DNA of 64,000 nucleotides from Octopus sinensis. Its lineage: Eukaryota. This document shows, in pieces, positions 37,522 through 49,964 of the stretch (position 1 is the first letter of the stretch; every line of letters begins with the position of its first letter). The notes under the pieces are model-generated. The model did no database searches and had not been told where the DNA came from. It saw only the letters and a list, made by a program, of their open reading frames with translations. The stretch lies in assembly GCF_006345805.1 (NCBI RefSeq), contig NC_043019.1, positions 21,141,360 to 21,205,359 of the forward strand. Reading direction: 5' to 3'. The position numbers and the translations under genes are program-made.

Positions 37522-37618
37522 ACCAACAAATTCCATGGAAAGAATACCACGATTATTCAGAGAACTGTGACTCAGCCTTTTGACATTCATATTTTCCATC
37601 CTAAAAGACAGCCATGGG
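37522..37618 (+). CDS. LRP1: LRP1 exon 25, end of propeller 3
   Basis: cttacag|ACC...TGGG|gtgaga; TNKFHGKNTTIIQRTVTQPFDIHIFHPKRQPW. Confidence 0.94.
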
Positions 37619-37724
37619 GTGAGATATTTTAATACTTTTTCAACCTGCTTCCTTTTATATGATGCACATCTAGGGATACGTTGTTATTTTATGCTAATAA
37701 ATCTTTGTTATACAGCCATGCTTG

Positions 37725-38244
37725 CATGTGTTTGATGAATGTTCATCTAATCCATGCTAGTTGACATGTGTTTGATGAATGTTCATCTAATCCATGCTAG
37801 TTGACATGTGTTTGATGAATGTTCATCTAATCCATGCTAGTTGACATGTGTTTGATGAATGTTCATCTAATCCATGCTAGTTGACATGTGTTTGATGAAT
37901 TTTCATCTAATCCATGCTAGTTGACATGTGTTTGATGAATGTTCATCTAATCCATGCTAGTTGACATGTGTTTGATGAATGTTCATCTAATCCATGCTAG
38001 TTGATATGTGTTTGATGAATGTTCATCTAATCCATGCTAGTTGACATGTGTTTGATGAATGTTCATCTAATCCATGCTAGTTGACATGTGTTTGATGAAT
38101 TTTCATCTAATCCATGCTAGTTGACATGTGTTTGATGAATTTTCATCTAATCCATGCTAGTTGACATGTGTTTGATGAATTTTCATCTAATCCATGCTAG
38201 TTGACATGTGTTTGATGAATGTTCATCTAATCCATGCTAGTTGA
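37725..38244. repeat. 40-bp minisatellite, 13 near-identical units
   Basis: Unit CATGTGTTTGATGAAT(G/T)TTCATCTAATCCATGCTAGTTGA. Confidence 0.97.
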
Positions 38245-38769
38245 CAAATATAGTGTTACACAATCTTAATGAGTCTTTGTTTCTACAGCCACATGCCCTT
38301 CCTGTCTCTAAACCTTACCTGGTTTGAAGGTATGAATTGAGCAAATTTTGACCAAAGAGCAAACAACATTGCTGCTTGTCGGTTTCAACTTTCATTGAAG
38401 CAAGCGCAAATGAAACAAACGTACGCATGCACACACACACACACACAAATGTAATTGGCACCTTTCAGTTTCCATTTCCCAAATCCACCCCACAAGGCTT
38501 TTGTTGGGCCCAAGACTATAATAGAGGACACTTGCCCAAGTTGCAATGCAGTAGGATTGAACCCAAGACCTCCTTGTTGGGAAGCAAACTTCTTAACTAC
38601 ACAACCATGCCTGTGCTTATGGTGCCAGTAATACATAGACATACTTGTGTATAGAAACATGTACACACATATTCTGGGTTCAATCCCAGTATGTTTCACC
38701 TTAGGCAAGTGTCTTCTACTATAGTTCCAGGCTGACCAAAGCCTTGTGAGTGGATATGGCAGATGGAAA

Positions 38770-38894
38770 CAGAAAAAAACCCATTGTGTGTGCGTGTGTA
38801 TTCGTGCATATATTTATATATGCATGTATATATATGTATGGATGTATATATATGTATGCATGTATATATATGTATGCATGTATATATATGTATG

Positions 38895-38942
<48 letters not shown>

Positions 38943-39262
38943 CGTGTATGTATATATATGTGTGTGTGTGTATGTATATATATATATGTGTGTGTGTGCG
39001 TGTATGTATATATATGTGTGTGTGTGTGTGTGCGTGTATGTATATATGTGTGTGTGTGTGTGCGTGTATGTATATGTGTGTGTGTGCGTGTATGTATATA
39101 TGTGTGTGTGTCCGTGTATGTATATATATATGCGTGTGTGTGTGTATGTATATATATGTGTGTGTGTGTGTATGTATGTATATATATATATATATGTGTG
39201 TGTATGTGTTTATGTGCTTGTGTATACATAGATACACACACACGTATATATGTGTGTGTGTG
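38770..39262. repeat. Compound (TG)n/(TA)n microsatellite inside a family A SINE remnant
   Basis: Direct inspection. Confidence 0.95.
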
Positions 39263-40227
39263 TATGTTTTTATCTCCTTGTTTTGACTCCACTCACTGAT
39301 CAACTGATTTTAAGAAGTCACTGTTTATACAAAACATCATCATTTGTTTGAAATCTTTTGTGATATCATAACTGGGCATGTTGAAAGGACTTGGGAGAAA
39401 CATTACCTTGCTTCAAAACTGTTGAGGGTTGGTGACATGAAGAGTATCTGGCCATAGAAAATCTACCTTGCTTTAAATTTCCCTTGACCCATGCAAGCAT
39501 GGAAAATTGAGCATTAAAAGGATGCTGGCTATGTCTATAGGCACATATGATTTCAGCCTTCCTTTGTCTTGTGAATGTTGGATGCTCGGCAACTAGAGAA
39601 AGCAGTGACTCATCTCCCTGCCCGCAATATATAGAATAACAGTGCCAGAGCAGGTGCTGGTGTCGCAAATAGGACGAGGTTGGTGGTGGCAGGGGTGGCA
39701 GTTGCTGTTGCTGCTTGTTTGTTTGTTTGTTGAGGAAAGCGGTCTTCATCCCAGTGAGAGAAGTCCGAAACGTGGTCCTTTGCTATTCGTAAGTCCCACA
39801 GAAGAGAAAGCAGGTCAACCCCCCGACACAGAGAGCATCGACAGATGGATGAATGTGCATCCAGGCTCAGCGGTTGCGTAGGAAATTGGAGGACAAGAAA
39901 CAGGAAGAAAGAGTGAGAGAAAGTTGGGGCGAAAGAGTACAACAGGGGTCGCCACCACCCCCTGCCGGAGCCTCGTGGAGCTTTAGGTGTTTTTGCTCAA
40001 TAAACACACACAACGCCCGGTCTGGGAATCGAAACCGTGATCTTCCGACCATGAGTCCGCTGCCCTAACCATTGGGCCATTGCGCCTCCACTTGCTGCTG
40101 CTGCTATATCTTAGACATTCAGTTGTTTAAATGGCTGACTAGAGAGTTTAATCACTGATTAATTAAAAACCATTAATTTCTGTTGAGAGGCATAAATTAA
40201 TCATTAAAAACTTATTCTTAATTGCAG

Positions 40228-40353
40228 GGAAGAACCCATGTGCTAACAAAAACGGGGGCTGCTCTCATTTGTGTCTTATTGATCATGATGGCAAATTTGG
40301 TTGCAAATGCCCTTATCTTAAAAAATTGGGCACTGACAACAAAACATGTGAAG
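40228..40353 (+). CDS. LRP1: LRP1 exon 26, EGF-like module
   Basis: attgcag|GGAAG...GAAG|gtaagt; [41 protein letters not shown]. Confidence 0.95.
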
Positions 40354-41381
40354 GTAAGTTGTTATTTATTTGAGGGTTTTTGTCTTTTTTTTTATGTAAT
40401 TACATTCTTTAAATTAACCCATTTTAATAATGACAAAATTATTACACTAAATTCTTCATTATTTTCAAAATTGATTGAAACAAAGGTTTGTATTTCAACA
40501 AATATGGTAACAAAAGGATTAAAGTGATCGAAATTAAAGCCGCCTTACATGAAAATTTCGTGCTAATTTATGTTCCAAACACCAAGTTAGTAATGACAAA
40601 AATTCTAAATTCTTCATCATCATCGTTTAACATCTGCTTTCCATGCTAGCATGGGTTGGACGATTTTGACTGAGGGCTGGCGAACCAGATGGCTGCACCA
40701 GGCTCCAATCTTGATCTAGCAGAGTTTCTACAGCTGGATGCCCTTCCTAACGCCAACCACTCCGAGAGTGTAGTGGGTGCTTTTTACGTGCCACCGGCAC
40801 GGGGGCCAGGCAGGCAGTACTGGCAATGACCTCGCTCGAATCTTTTACGCATGCCACCGGCACAGGTGCCAGTAAGGCGATGCTAGTAACAATCACGCTC
40901 GAATGGTGTCTTTTACATGCCACCGGCACGGGAGCCAGATAGGCGGTACTGGCAATGATTTCGCTTGAATCTTTTTACACGTGTCACTGGCACAGGTGCC
41001 AGTGAAGCGACGTTGGTAACAGAAATTAATGGAAGCCAAAGCCAATGTATTTTAACAGAAATATTATAAGAAAAGTGTTAAATATTATAAGACTCCATCA
41101 GTCTATGTTCTTTAACTCAAGTCGGACTGCCCCTGGTTCTGTGACACAGATGTCCTGTTTTAAACTGGTCAAAATTAAAACCATCAAAATTTCATGTTAA
41201 TTTATGTTACAAACACCAGCTTAATAAAGACATTTAATTAAATTCTTCCTTATATTCAAAATCAATTAAAAGAAAAGCAACATATTTCAGCAGAAATATG
41301 GTAAGAAAAGGGTTAATAAGTTGATTTGTGGGGTTAAATTTTTTTTGCTTACATGTCACCATTTGCTTATTTCTTTTACAG

Positions 41382-41609
41382 ACATCCAAGACTTCTTAAT
41401 ATTTGGATCAGCTAACGCAATTCTTGGCGTTCAACTTGAAGATGCCCACTACAATGTAATGCCTGCAATTACTGTTACTCATGTGAACACACCATCTGCG
41501 GTTGATTTTTATGTGAAAAACCAACAGATTTATTGGGCTGATAAATTCCTTAATGTAATCAGTAGTGCCAATGTGTCAGGTTCTGGCTTACCATCAGTTA
41601 TCATCTCTG
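41382..41609 (+). CDS. LRP1: LRP1 exon 27, start of propeller 4
   Basis: tttacag|ACATC...TCTG|gtaagt; IQDFLIFGSANAILGVQLEDAHYNVMPAITVTHVNTPSAVDFYVKNQQIYWADKFLNVISSANVSGSGLPSVIIS. Confidence 0.94.
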
Positions 41610-41999
41610 GTAAGTTCTGATATTTGATTGGCAGTCAGTGTATCTCTAACTCTCTCTCTGTTTGTCCACTTTGCCAAGGGAGTTAATAAATCTAATAAGA
41701 TTACTAATCTTATCAGATTTATCTCTCTTGGTTACTGTGTATTAAGTAATGTGCTACATGTCATATGACAGGTATTGTTGCAATTAATTGATCGTTAAGC
41801 AGTATTACTGTTTATGATGACATATTTATTGCAAATATGGAAATGAGAAATATGTTTATTATTTTGGAAATTAGCATTCAATTTGTTAGAACCATCAAAT
41901 TTGAAAAACTGAAATTATAATTATTGTTCCTATGTAACATTTAGCAAAAGATTATTTCCTAAGTTATCCATAAAATAATGGGTAATACCCATGTGTTTG

Positions 42000-42338
42000 T
42001 GCATATGTGTGTGTATGTATGTATGTATATTATATATATAATATATATATATATATATATTATATATAGATAGATATGGATAGATATATATATATATATA
42101 TAGATAGATATGGATAGATATATATATATATAGATAGATATGGATATATATATATATTATATATATAGATAGATATGGATATATAATATATATATAGATA
42201 GATATGGATAGATATTATATATATATATATAGATATATAGATAGATATGGATAGATATATATATATATATATATATAGATAGATATGGATAGATATATAT
42301 ATATATATATAGATATATAGATAGATATGGATAGATAT

Positions 42339-42377
<39 letters not shown>

Positions 42378-42440
42378 TATCTGTTTTGTACACCACCTGT
42401 TTTTGTCTTTTGTTTTTTCGTAAACTCTCCCTATATATAT

Positions 42441-42501
<61 letters not shown>

Positions 42502-42510
42502 AACATATAT
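42000..42510. repeat. (TA)n/(GATA)n compound microsatellite
   Basis: Recurring ATAGATAGATATGGATAGAT blocks within TA runs. Confidence 0.95.
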
Positions 42511-43253
42511 ATATATATAATGTGTGTGTATTTTCTTTGTTTCTTGTTTTGACATAAGTACATTGATTGTAATCAAAGTCACTACTCATACAAAAACGCT
42601 GGTATCCTTTTTGTGCATATAAGATGTATAAACTTACGAACTTTTGAAGATTGATAAATTGAAAACATCCATCCATCCATCCAAAAACTGTTAGGCCCTT
42701 TCAACTTTCGAACTTAGGATGAGAAAAAAGCAAAACTTTGTGATTTCCAAAGACTTCCTCACTGTTCATATAATATATTGAAATCTTTCACACTACCTCA
42801 GCTTCCTGTCATCTTTTCATTTTTAATTTTTTAATTTTTAATTTTATCATTTTTTCTACATTTTCCCTTGTTTTTTCTTCATCGTTCAATTCTGTCATCT
42901 TTCATTCTTAGTTCTTGGCTTCCCCATTGCTAATTGCTACTTCTCAGGTATCACTTCCATCTACTTGTTCATTCCTCCTGACTTAGCTTTACTTCTCTTA
43001 GTATATTGCTCCCCATCACCATCCAACTACAGCATTACCCTGTTATCTCTCTGTACTAGACCTTTATGTGCAATCTTCCATGGGAACAGGTGAGTGTTGG
43101 TGACAGGTAAGCTATCCAGCTGTAGAAAACCTACCTCAGCAAGTTCCATCTGGTCCTTGTAAACAGGAAAATTGATATTAAAATAGCAGTGACGTTGATG
43201 ATACATGTTATAACATTGTCTTTGTTAACATCTTCCTCTTTAAATATTTCCAG

Positions 43254-43431
43254 GTCTGGAGAATCCTGAAGGTTTTGCTGTTGACTGGCTGTCTGGCAAC
43301 ATGTACTTCACCACCTATGGTCGATCCTCTGGCACTATCTCGGTAGCCAGGCTGAACGGTGCATTTAGAACAGTTCTTATCCAAGACAACCTACTGAAAC
43401 CTCGGAAGTTGTTATTGCATCCTGTTAAGGG
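43254..43431 (+). CDS. LRP1: LRP1 exon 28, propeller 4
   Basis: ttccag|GTCTG...AAGGG|gtaagc; LENPEGFAVDWLSGNMYFTTYGRSSGTISVARLNGAFRTVLIQDNLLKPRKLLLHPVKG; missed by the ORF track. Confidence 0.94.
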
Positions 43432-43449
43432 GTAAGCTGTACCTGCAAG

Positions 43450-43990
43450 GGATTTGTTGCTATTAATGTGGGCCTGTTTGCCATAGAGGTTTTGGAATGT
43501 TAGCGTTGATGGGAGTCTGTTGCCCTGGTGGTGGGTCTGTTTGCTATGGAGGCAGGTCTATTGCCATGGTGGTGGGTCTGTTTGCTATGGAGGCAGGTCT
43601 ATTGCCATGGTGGTGGGTCTGTTAGCATGGAGGCAGATCAGTTGCCTTGAAGGTGAGTCTTACCATGGAGGCAGAATAGGTTACCATGGAGGTGGCTCTT
43701 TTACTCTAGTGGTGGGTTTGTTGCTATTAATGTGTGTTTGCCTATTGCTATTGAGATGGGTGTGCCACATGGAGGTGGGTCTGTTGTTGTGGATGTAGAT
43801 TTGTTGCCATTCACTTGGTTCTGTTGCAGTGGAAATGGATTTGTTGTCATGGAGGTGGGTCTGATGCCACGGAAATGGGTTTGTTGCTATGGATACAGGT
43901 CTGTTGCCATTGAAGTGGTGTGATGCTTTGGAGGTGGATCTGTTGTTATGATATAAATTTTGTTGCCATGCTGATACATTTCTTTCCCTT
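43450..43990. repeat. Degenerate 19-20 bp minisatellite
   Basis: Variants of GGTCTGTTGCCATGGAGGTG. Confidence 0.8.
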
Positions 43991-44234
43991 ACATGGTGAG
44001 TGTGCTGTCATCATTGCATATATAGTTCCATTCTGGTTGCCATCCATCAATGTGTCTCTGGTTTCTTTGATGTAGAAATATTACCATTCCCAAGGGTCTG
44101 CTTACATAGATTTACTATTGACAGTCTGTGCATATTGATGTCACTTAGATCTTTTAGTTCACTGTAATAAGGATAAATCACTTATATATTTCTTGCTTCT
44201 GATTTGATATTGATTACTTATTGATTTGTTATAG

Positions 44235-44338
44235 GAAACTGTTTTGGTTGGATGGTGTAGATGCCAAAACTCGAATAATGACTGCTACCATGGATGGCCA
44301 GAAGATTACAAAGATTATTCAAGAACCACGCATTATGT
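44235..44338 (+). CDS. LRP1: LRP1 exon 29, propeller 4
   Basis: ttatag|GAAA...ATGT|gtaagt; KLFWLDGVDAKTRIMTATMDGQKITKIIQEPRIM. Confidence 0.9.
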
Positions 44339-44893
44339 GTAAGTGTTTGTTTCACTAATCCCTAAGCATAACAAGATAATGGTTTTCTCTATATTTTCTG
44401 CTCATTTTGCCCCTTCATCATCATCGTCATCATCGACGTTGTCATCATACACGATTTTACTGTATTATGGCATTCTGAAATGATAGAGATAATGGCATTA
44501 CTGACTGTAATGATGACAGTTCTAGCTGACACACATGTTTGTCCATCAGAACAATGATGATCATCTAGTCATCCACAAGAACGACTGATGCCTTGCTTGA
44601 TGACTTTGTTTGAAGAAGGGTTGTGCATTGTCAGCATCACTCGTTTGTCCATGACGATCTTTAATCAGTGACAAAACCAGGTCAAGATGGCTGGGGATGG
44701 AGATGGATACAGTATCTGACCAAGATGTCTTACTTGCCTCATCTTGTTCTCTGCACTTCATAGCTGCGTTGCTGCATCTGCCTTTGTCCCCGTTGAACCA
44801 CAAAGGTTCTTTTGCAGAATATGCTGGATCCAGTCTTCACATACATTGATAAGCAACCCCTTATATGCTAATTAACCTATAGCTGGGGCCATG

Positions 44894-45246
44894 ACAGGTG
44901 TTACTACTCTGGTTAAAATAGATCTTGGAACATTGCTGTCTAAGCACAATAGTGTTTCCACACTTCTCAAAACCCTGGAACTCTCAACTCTAGGCCCCAT
45001 TACCAGATGCAATTTAAAGTACACTGACTTGCATCATTGAATCAGTGTGGTCTCGGGTGATTTTCAGAACAGATGTTACTACTCTGGGTCAAAATAGATC
45101 TTGGAACATTGCTGTCTAAGCACAATAGTGTTTCCACACTTCTCAAAACCTTGGAACTTTCAACTCTGGGCCCCACTACCAGATGCAGTTTGAAGTGCAC
45201 TGACTTGCATCATTGAATCAATGTGGTCTCGGGTGATTTTCAGAAC
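44894..45246. repeat. Two-copy tandem repeat of about 175 bp
   Basis: Units start ACAG(G/A)TGTTACTACTCTGG and end GGTGATTTTCAGAAC; about a dozen substitutions. Confidence 0.92.
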
Positions 45247-45768
45247 ACATAGACTGATAGTCAAACAATATTTAAACCCTTTGTTCTTGTATTTCTATTG
45301 AAACATACTGTTTCCCAACCACAGGATTCTGGATTCAATTCCACTGCTTGGGACTGAATCCAGAAGTGGCCTCAAGCCAACCAAAGCCTTGTGAGTGGAT
45401 TTGGTAGATGGAAACTGAAAAGAATCCCATCCATATCTACATGTGTGTGTTTTTTGTGTCTGAGTTAATTTTGAAAGTGATGAAGAATTTATTAAACTAC
45501 CTTTGTTGTTATTAAGTTACTTTAAGTATGTTTAGAACATAGCCTGAGGTTTGAATGGAAAGTGTTAATTTTAGATTACATAAAAAGAGGAAGTTTCTAT
45601 CATATAACCAAAGGCAGTTTCATGTGGGCTGGTATCAAAAGGGTTAAAAGAAAATAATCATTATCATGTATGTTAATTAGTCCCCCAAATTTATAATTTC
45701 ATGCATAACAATTCACCATTTCTGCCAATTTGACATTTCATTGAATGGGTCTCTTCTACAATTTCTAG

Positions 45769-46041
45769 CTTACACAATTGATCGGAATATGGAGAAGATT
45801 TATTATTCAACAAACTTTTCGTTGATGTCAGCCAACTTGGATGGTTCCAATGCGTCACGAATCTCCATCAAAAAGGAACTGTTACCATTCACTGCTCTCA
45901 CAGTTTATGGTGACTTCATCTACTTTACATCAAAGAACCAGATCAGCAGTCTGTCTCTCATCAACGGAACTATCCGGGTTACCAGGAGAAATAAACCAAA
46001 TATTTTCTCCCTCGTTGTCCATACCAAAGCTGAACTTAATG
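45769..46041 (+). CDS. LRP1: LRP1 exon 30, end of propeller 4
   Basis: ttctag|CTTAC...AATG|gtgagt; YTIDRNMEKIYYSTNFSLMSANLDGSNASRISIKKELLPFTALTVYGDFIYFTSKNQISSLSLINGTIRVTRRNKPNIFSLVVHTKAELN. Confidence 0.9.
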
Positions 46042-46114
46042 GTGAGTCTTTCTTTGAGTTTTATATTTTATTAAGTTTTAATTTATTGATATTTATTGAT
46101 TTCCTGTAGGCTCC

Positions 46115-46145
<31 letters not shown>

Positions 46146-46480
46146 ATTTGGCTCAAAAGCAAATAGCAAGGCCATGTAGGGGGACATGGAGTTAAGTACA
46201 GGGTGGTGTTCATGTAAAGAGTTCAGGCCACTTGAGGTCTAGGGAGGCTTTGAACAAAGCGGTCGTCGGCATCTTCACCATCTCGTCTGGCAGCTTGTTC
46301 CACGGATCCGCAACCCGGACGGAGAAAGCTCCTCTCCTTCGATTGAGATGAAATCGTCGCAGGTAGAGCTTTTCGGAATGACCCCGCAGCCGACGCTCTG
46401 GAGCAGGAGTGAAGAACAGCTCTTTTGAGAGGTTACACTTTCCGCTTATGATGCTGTGGGCGAGAATGAGATCAACACAC
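46115..46480 (-). mobile_element. 3' end of CR1/L2-clade LINE
   Basis: Minus ORF ...RGHSEKLYLRRFHLNRRRGAFSVRVADPWNKLP...FKASLD; (TAAC)n tail. Confidence 0.85.
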
Positions 46481-47274
46481 ACAGAAATACTGATAAGCAA
46501 AGTTAATGCTACATGGTTTCCTACAAATGATCAACAAAATATAAATCAGTTTTTATTTGGTCACCAGGGTTGATCAGGATCTAGTTTGGCAGCATATACA
46601 GACTGATCCATAAATGGCTTTATTATTCCATATGTGTAATAATTGTAGATGATAGTCAATAGTTCAATTCATACTGGAAATATTTCATTCAATAACATGG
46701 TAATTTCTTGGCACACGTATTACATATCATCATCATCTTCATCGTTTAATGTCCGCTTTCCGTGCTAGCACGGGTTGGACAGTTTGACCAGGGTCTGGGA
46801 AGCCAGGGGGCTGCACCAGGCTCCAGCATGTAATAATTATATAATTTTTCGTACTGCATTTTACCTATCAATAGTTCGTATTGCCTGATGAATAGGTTGG
46901 TGATTTAGCATATAAAATAATGGAAATACTGTACCATCACGTTATATTATGTAATACATGTGCAAAAGACTTACCTTGCTACTGAAACATTTGTAGCATG
47001 AACTGAGCTATTAACTGGATTAGGAAATAAGACTATTCATCAATATTCTTATAGATTACTCTGCTGGCCAAATACATGCAGGAAACTATGAAGTTGATAA
47101 CAACAATCATTAATATCCAAACCAATTTAAATTCTTTCACTTGTTTTTACATTTGTTTTCATATACTATTATTTGTTTGACAAATGTCTATTATTGACTA
47201 TTAAAAGTTTTGTTTTTAATGCCAGACGTCTTCCTGCTGCTAATCTGTCTTTCTGTGTCTTTCATTTTTTTTAG

Positions 47275-47394
47275 GTAGTAATGCCTGCACTGTCAAAAAC
47301 GGTGGCTGTCTCCAATTATGTCTTCCTCATAATGAGACCAGTCGACGTTGTGTCTGTACTGCTGGTTACCAGCTAAAGGACAATAAATGTATTG
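47275..47394 (+). CDS. LRP1: LRP1 exon 31, EGF-like module
   Basis: tttag|GTAGT...ATTG|gtgagt; SNACTVKNGGCLQLCLPHNETSRRCVCTAGYQLKDNKCI. Confidence 0.95.
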
Positions 47395-47448
47395 GTGAGT
47401 CAATTTATCTTTAATATGGTCACTTTTGGGGATTTATCAGTTTCTTTG

Positions 47449-47695
47449 TTCTGTTGTGTCTGGGGAGAGTCATTTTCTTTTTGTGTCTTATAATGTAACA
47501 CACTCACCGGTAAAATTTCCACTTTTTTCTTATTTTTATTTTCCTAAAATTTTCATTGTGTCTTGGAACCTTTTCATGCAAAACGCAACGTAAATTTTAG
47601 GAAAATAAAAATAAGAAATAAGTGGAAATTTTACCGGTGAGTGTGTTACATTATAAGGCACAAAAAGAAAATGACTCTCCCCAGACACAACAGAA
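47449..47695. mobile_element. Foldback/MITE-like element with 104-bp inverted arms; solo arm at about 6030-6135
   Basis: Arms 47449-47552 and 47592-47695 are reverse complements with 2 mismatches; 39-nt spacer. Confidence 0.88.
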
Positions 47696-48612
47696 TATGC
47701 TTCAGCACACGAACTCATATAAAGAATCTTGCAAACCAAATCCAAAAACGAAATATAGTTTCTTTGTTGTTTGTTGCTATTATCACTTCTCAATGTCTCT
47801 ATATGTGCTTCTGTTTTTCTCTCTTTCTCTCTATCCCTCCCTCTCTACCTCTTCGCTCTCTCTCTCTCTCTCTTTCCCTTCCTTCTCCCTCCCATTGAGT
47901 GTGTGTATGTCATCGTCATCATTTAACATCCACTTTCCATGCTGGTTGGACAGTTTGACTGAGAACTGGCAAACCTGGAAGTTGCACCAGGCTCCAATCT
48001 GATTTGGCAAGGTTTCTACAGCTGGATGCCCATCCTAATGCCAAACACTCCAAGAGTGTAGTGGGTGCTTTTTATGTGACACCAGCACAGGAGCCAGTCA
48101 GGTGGCACTGGCATCGGCCACACTTGAATGGTGCTTTTTACATGGCACAGGTGCCAGTCAGGCATCACTGGCATCGGTCACAACTACAATTTCACTCAGT
48201 TCAACAGGTTTTCACAAGCACAGCATTATGCCTGACAATTGAAGGGTGCTTTTAAATGGACCAATTATGTAACACTAGCATCGGTTACAACTACGATCTC
48301 ACTTGGCTTGCCGGGTCATCTCAAGCACAACACATCTCATACACACACGTTTATGAATTTGTTTTGCAAGATTCCTGATGTGAAATCACATTGAAACAGA
48401 TATTGTTATATTTCAGGATGGTCCCTTTTTTTCCTTGCCAAGTAAACACGCACGATATATTCATTCTTTACTTCGGGTTTATTATTGTTCTTATTTTACC
48501 ATGGATTTTTCATAGGTTTTTCTTTCCACAGATAACCCTAGTCAGTGTTTTATTTCCTCCCGCTTTTGAAAATTTCAGTTGTTAAAACGACACTTTATTA
48601 TTTTCCGTGTAT

Positions 48613-48780
48613 AGGCGCAGGAATGGCTGTGTGGTAAGTCGCTTGTTTACCAACCACATGGTTCCGGGTTGAGTCTCACTGCGTGGCACCTTGGGCAAGT
48701 GTCTTCTACTATAGCCTCGGGCCGACCAAAGCCTTGTGAGTGGATTTGGTAGACGGAAACTGAAAGAAGCCCGTTGTATA

Positions 48781-48819
<39 letters not shown>

Positions 48820-49054
48820 GTGTGTGTGTGTGTGTGTGTTGTGTTTTGTGTGTCTGTGTTTGTCCCCCTAGCATTGCTTGACAACCGATGCTGGTGTGTT
48901 TATGTCCCCGTCACTTATCGGTTCGGCAAAAGAGACTGATAGAATAAGTACTGGGCTTACAAAGAATAAGTCCCGGGGTCGAGTTGTTCGATTAAAGGCG
49001 GTGCTCCAGCATGGCCGCAGTCAAATGACTGAAACAAAGTAAAAGCGTAAAGAG
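48613..49054 (+). mobile_element. tRNA-derived SINE family A, full length
   Basis: AGGCGCAGGAATGGCTGTGTGGT...GCAGTCAAATGACTGAAAC; ORFs here are SINE read-throughs. Confidence 0.9.
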
Positions 49055-49248
49055 TATGTCACTAAATGCTTTCAATCCCTATTGATCGGCATTGAAAAGA
49101 AAAATTCTACATTGCATTGTCCCTCTGTGTTTTCAGCCCTTCATGGCTTAATAAAGAAATCTATCTAAAATGGTGAACTTAAATTCTATGACTAGTCTTT
49201 ACAGTGACTTCCTCTCACCATCCTCTCCTTCTTCTTCTTCTTCCCCAG

Positions 49249-49383
49249 GTATCCGCACATTCCTCATGTACAGCATAAACAATGAAGTTCGTGGAATGCC
49301 TCTTGATGGAAACGGCACCAGTATTCGTGCCCTACCTGCCATTCCTCAGATTGTTACAGCCACAGCCATTGACTTTGATGCAA
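49249..49383 (+). CDS. LRP1: LRP1 exon 32, start of propeller 5
   Basis: ccccag|GTATC...GCAA|gtaagt; IRTFLMYSINNEVRGMPLDGNGTSIRALPAIPQIVTATAIDFDA. Confidence 0.94.
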
Positions 49384-49733
49384 GTAAGTTTGCAATTTTA
49401 CATTTTTTTCTTGCTTTCAGAACATCATCACTGTCACCACTACCACCAGACAAATCATCATTATTACCACCACCACCACCATCATTATCATTATCATCAC
49501 TACTACCTTCACCATCATCATTACTGTTGTTATTTTACATCTACTTTTCCATACTTGCATGGATCAGAGGAGACTACATTGCAGGTAGAGTTTCCTATGG
49601 CTGGATGTCCTTGTTGCCCATTCATCCATTTCCACCCAATGTATTTATTCCCTCAATGAAGCACACAATGGTTAGACATTTTTTATGGCCACCATGTAAA
49701 CAGTGACAGTTTTTACTTTTTTTTTTTTATGCT

Positions 49734-49964
49734 TTAACCCTTTTATTACCAGCTCACTTGTCATTGTCCTTTGTTCTATGACAAAAACTTACTCTTCTAA
49801 ATTGATCTAAATTTGAAATCTTCCATCTAATTTTCATGTTAATTTATGTTCCAAACACCAACTTTATAAGAACAAGGTTACTTCTCTAAATACTTCAATA
49901 TTTTCAAAATTAATTGAAACAAGGGTAGCATCTTTCAATAGAAATTCAGTAAGAAAAGGGTGAA
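49734..49964. mobile_element. piggyBac-like MITE family B (partial copies near 24640-24784, 41110-41317, 45480-45647)
   Basis: TTAA|CCCTTTT..TACC...GTAAGAAAAGGG|TGAA termini. Confidence 0.65.

Noticed and set aside
37725-38244. C-box-like TGATGA in each minisatellite unit (snoRNA array?)
   Set aside because: No CTGA D box or terminal stem in the unit.
44561-44803. 80-aa minus-strand ORF
   Set aside because: No motif, splice context or repeat assignment; length is within chance expectation.
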